Assembly (NCBI RefSeq): GCF_001194135.2
Contig: NC_068986.1
Coordinates: 103,189,384 to 103,253,383, forward strand
Source: Octopus bimaculoides
Lineage: Eukaryota
DNA length: 64,000 bases
Reading direction: 5' to 3'
Shown here: positions 60,200 to 64,000 of the stretch, one piece after another
Position numbering within the stretch: the stretch's first letter is position 1
How the letters are laid out: each line of letters begins with the position of its first letter
Notes under the pieces: generated by a model
What the model saw: the letters and a program-made list of their open reading frames with translations, nothing else
The model's database searches: none
Told to the model about the DNA's origin: nothing
Made by a program: the position numbers and the translations under genes

Positions 60200-63108
60200 N
60201 NNNNNNNNNNNNNNNNNNNNNNNNNNNNNNNNNNNNNNNNNNNNNNNNNNNNNNNNNNNNNNNNNNNNNNNNNNNNNNNNNNNNNNNNNNNNNNNNNNNN
60301 NNNNNNNNNNNNNNNNNNNNNNNNNNNNNNNNNNNNNNNNNNNNNNNNNNNNNNNNNNNNNNNNNNNNNNNNNNNNNNNNNNNNNNNNNNNNNNNNNNNN
60401 NNNNNNNNNNNNNNNNNNNNNNNNNNNNNNNNNNNNNNNNNNNNNNNNNNNNNNNNNNNNNNNNNNNNNNNNNNNNNNNNNNNNNNNNNNNNNNNNNNNN
60501 NNNNNNNNNNNNNNNNNNNNNNNNNNNNNNNNNNNNNNNNNNNNNNNNNNNNNNNNNNNNNNNNNNNNNNNNNNNNNNNNNNNNNNNNNNNNNNNNNNNN
60601 NNNNNNNNNNNNNNNNNNNNNNNNNNNNNNNNNNNNNNNNNNNNNNNNNNNNNNNNNNNNNNNNNNNNNNNNNNNNNNNNNNNNNNNNNNNNNNNNNNNN
60701 NNNNNNNNNNNNNNNNNNNNNNNNNNNNNNNNNNNNNNNNNNNNNNNNNNNNNNNNNNNNNNNNNNNNNNATATATATATATATATAGATATAGATATAT
60801 ATATATATATGTGTGTGTATGTGTGTGTGTGTGTGTGTGTGTGTACACTCACATATACATATATACATGTGTGTGTGTAATTGTATACAGACACACACAC
60901 ATCTACACATACACGCACGCACAACAGATGGCGTATGCAGAAGTAAGTGTAGGAAGACATTCATTCCACAATAATAACAGTTTTATATATATATATATAT
61001 AGATAGATATATATGGTAAGTTTATCAACGTTACTCGGAAACCTTTTATAGATTCTAAAATCTTCCTCAAATCCCATTCGACTTGTTAGACTTTGCAGTC
61101 AAATCTACCTCAAATCATGCATTTTCAAAAAGTCGGGAAAACACATATTTCATGCGGCCACTGGTGTCCAGAGGGTTAGAATTGCCCCTTGCGCCCTGTA
61201 AGCTGTCTGCAGGCCGTCATTTTGACGATTAAGAGCCTGGGCCCACTGTCTCCCTAGCCCTACCGGATGGCATCTGCAATCCACCCAGCGTGGGTGCCTG
61301 GGGGCAGCCCACATACCCAGGCTCTAATTACTTTTCTCCCACAATAAGTGGGGAGAAACAAAATCTCCTCACCTTGCAGGGGCTGGCTGGCCACAATGCC
61401 AACCTCTTCAGGGGAGACAAACAGCAATCACACCGTTGCATATTTGACTCCCTTGCATAGTAATTTTTAGCTGGCAAACAACTTGTCAGCTCTTTTTCAA
61501 TTATGTTTCTATGAAAGGCGGCAATGGCGTCACGTGACCTAGAATAGGTCCGCAATACCACTTCCCTCTTCTCCATATCTTCTAGCCACTGCTTGGGCGG
61601 GACAACCTCACACTCCAAGGCAGTGGCTTCATTACTCTTTTTTTTTTTGCCATGTCCATAAAAAGTTCAACCAAACAGTCCAAAAAAAAAAAAGTTCACA
61701 AAAGGTGCAAAATGGTTGAAGAAAAAAAACAATTTAAAAACAACCTTCAAACAAAAGCGATAGACAGAAAAAGGGAGAAAGAAAACAGTTCTGTACGGCA
61801 AAAAAGAACTATCCCGATCAAGAGAAATCCAGGCTGACTGAAACTCCATGGTCAGGAAGGTATAATCCACAATAATCAGCAACAAAATATTCAAATCTTC
61901 GGGCGGATACGCCTCCAGAATAAAAGATCGCTGTTATCATAATATACGCCGAGAGCAGGCGAGATTGTTCCGGAGCTGGGCAGAATTTACTGCCAAAAAA
62001 ATAAAAAGACAATAAATCCTATCCATCTCAAAAAAAAAAAAAAATTCCACCTACCTCTGTTGACTTCTCAAAGTTCAATTCTGGACAGAGCCGAAATACT
62101 CTGTCCACCACGTTCAACAGGAAGCAGTCAACTGACCTACGCACATGCGCGGAAGTGAGCTGCTTACCACACAGCCAAACCTGCGCCTATGAATAGTATT
62201 TAGAGTCCGCTCGGAGTTACAAAAATCTACATTGCATTGCGCGGGATTGAAGGCAGAGAGCTGAGATGAGTAGCAGAAATAGAAAGCGATGTTGCCGCCT
62301 GGCCGGAACACACTGGAAAATACTTGAACATAGGTGAGATCAGTAAGAACTAAATAATAAAAGAGTTCAATCATTATTAATATCAGGCAACGTTATACAA
62401 ACACACAGACTCTGACACACACGCGCTCATACACGTAAACAGAGACACACACACCCTCGCATACATACATACATACATACACTCAAGTACGCACATGCAG
62501 ACAGTTTTACAATGGAAAAGATTGATAGAAAATTCAAAGTTTCGGCTAAGTTTAGTTTCATCCTTCAGAAAGTTAACATAATTGTTCATACATTTACGGG
62601 TGACTGTTTTGGTCTGACATTATATAGTGCATTCTACTCAAATATACGTTAACATACTTATATGAATGCGTTAAGGTTTTACATACCAATGCATATNNNN
62701 NNNNNNNNNNNNNNNNNNNNNNNNNNNNNNNNNNNNNNNNNNNNNNNNNNNNNNNNNNNNNNNNNNNNNNNNNNNNNNNNNNNNNNNNNNNNNNNNNNNN
62801 NNNNNNNNNNNNNNNNNNNNNNNNNNNNNNNNNNNNNNNNNNNNNNNNNNNNNNNNNNNNNNNNNNNNNNNNNNNNNNNNNNNNNNNNNNNNNNNNNNNN
62901 NNNNNNNNNNNNNNNNNNNNNNNNNNNNNNNNNNNNNNNNNNNNNNNNNNNNNNNNNNNNNNNNNNNNNNNNNNNNNNNNNNNNNNNNNNNNNNNNNNNN
63001 NNNNNNNNNNNNNNNNNNNNNNNNNNNNNNNNNNNNNNNNNNNNNNNNNNNNNNNNNNNNNNNNNNNNNNNNNNNNNNNNNNNNNNNNNNNNNNNNNNNN
63101 NNNNNNNN

Positions 63109-63151
<43 letters not shown>

Positions 63152-63740
63152 TTATCTTTATGTGTATGTGTGTGCATGAGTGTGTATATACTTGCGTATA
63201 TCTATATTCACATGTATATGTATATATAATATAGATATATATATATAAATACTTACTATGTATTTATATATGTATATAAATGTGTAGGTAGGTAGGTAGG
63301 TAGGTAGGTAGGTAGGTAGGTAGGTATTCGCGTATATCTGGAAGCTTGGTAGGTACTCGTCACTATATAGTTGTATGAATGTATATGCGCATGCTTGGTT
63401 GTGTGTGTTTGGTAGCTAAGTATATTAAAAGTCTGATAACTTAGATGGCAATATCGAACTGCTTTAATAGAATATTTGTGCGTTGTGAAGAGACTGATGG
63501 AGACACCGAGAAAGACATAAGTAAGAGAGAAATAAAGCATCAAAGAGGGAGAGAGGGGGAGGTGATAAACCAACAGAGAAAGTGAAAGAGAGACAGATAG
63601 TGAGATTGGCAGCTCAAAGACTGTCATTTTACACAGCTATTGATGGTATATTCTAATTGGTACTGGATTGCTTTGGCACCAGAAGAAATAATGATAAATT
63701 TGTTTCTCTTTTTTATCTCTAATTTTTTTTATTTCTTTAG

Positions 63741-63811
63741 GCTGTATCCAATTTATAGTTGAATCGAAGCCAAGCCACATTGCAAAGACCGAGTATTCAT
63801 GTTTTCAAAAG
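63741..63811 (+). CDS. Candidate exon (71 nt), product unknown
   Basis: Long polypyrimidine tract ending TTTCTTTAG, AAG|GTGTGT donor, one open frame: CIQFIVESKPSHIAKTEYSCFQK. Confidence 0.25.
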
Positions 63812-63967
63812 GTGTGTTGTATTACGCATAGAGGATTTCAAACAAATTCCACCATTTTCAAGTAGACACAAAATGTTCATCGGGGATTATCAATATAGGC
63901 AAGTCTCGAGTCCGTCACTCTTTCTCAGTCACTGTCTCTCTATCTTTCACTCTCTCTCAATTCCACC

Positions 63968-64000
<33 letters not shown>

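Noticed and set aside
62140-62335. NRF1/ETS-like promoter (ACATGCGCGGAAGTG) with first coding exon MSSRNRKR...|GTGAGA
   Set aside because: The motif and the apparent minus-strand GTAAGC donor lie in a reverse-complement SINE B head (AGGCGCAGGTTTGGCTGTGTGGTAAGCAGC). The putative exon is also not frame-compatible with the 63741 candidate.
947-63234. Long ORFs in the supplied track containing X runs or IY/HT/VC/SL/LLLL repeats
   Set aside because: They are produced by N gaps and di-, tri- and tetranucleotide microsatellites. Only the R4/Dong flanks at 947-2209 carry real (retroelement) coding signal.

Overview
AT-rich, microsatellite-dense eukaryotic genomic DNA from a short-read assembly; most of the N gaps abut (AT)n, (GT)n or (CT)n tracts. 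The SINE and transposon repertoire looks like a coleoid cephalopod, most likely Octopus (inference, from recalled repeat families). I can identify no intact protein-coding gene: the window reads as intronic or intergenic DNA, with only a few weak exon candidates. It contains (1) at least four tRNA-derived SINE families, labelled A-D here, often nested or in tandem; (2) two restriction-like-endonuclease (R4/Dong-type) retrotransposon fragments, each embedded in a different microsatellite; (3) a full-length but dead IS630-Tc1-mariner element with long TIRs, TA TSD and DD31E spacing; (4) three internally deleted maT (DD37D) elements, mariner scraps, a MULE transposase fossil and a Penelope GIY-YIG fragment; (5) two copies of an 8-bp-TSD, GG-terminal (Merlin-like) MITE with a head-to-head telomeric palindrome at its centre. 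The most interesting feature is a tRNA-headed element at about 38.25-38.74 kb. It is arranged as an inverted dimer, and each arm carries a minimal type-I hammerhead ribozyme motif like those in Penelope-like elements. Long ORFs in the supplied track are artefacts of N gaps and microsatellites.
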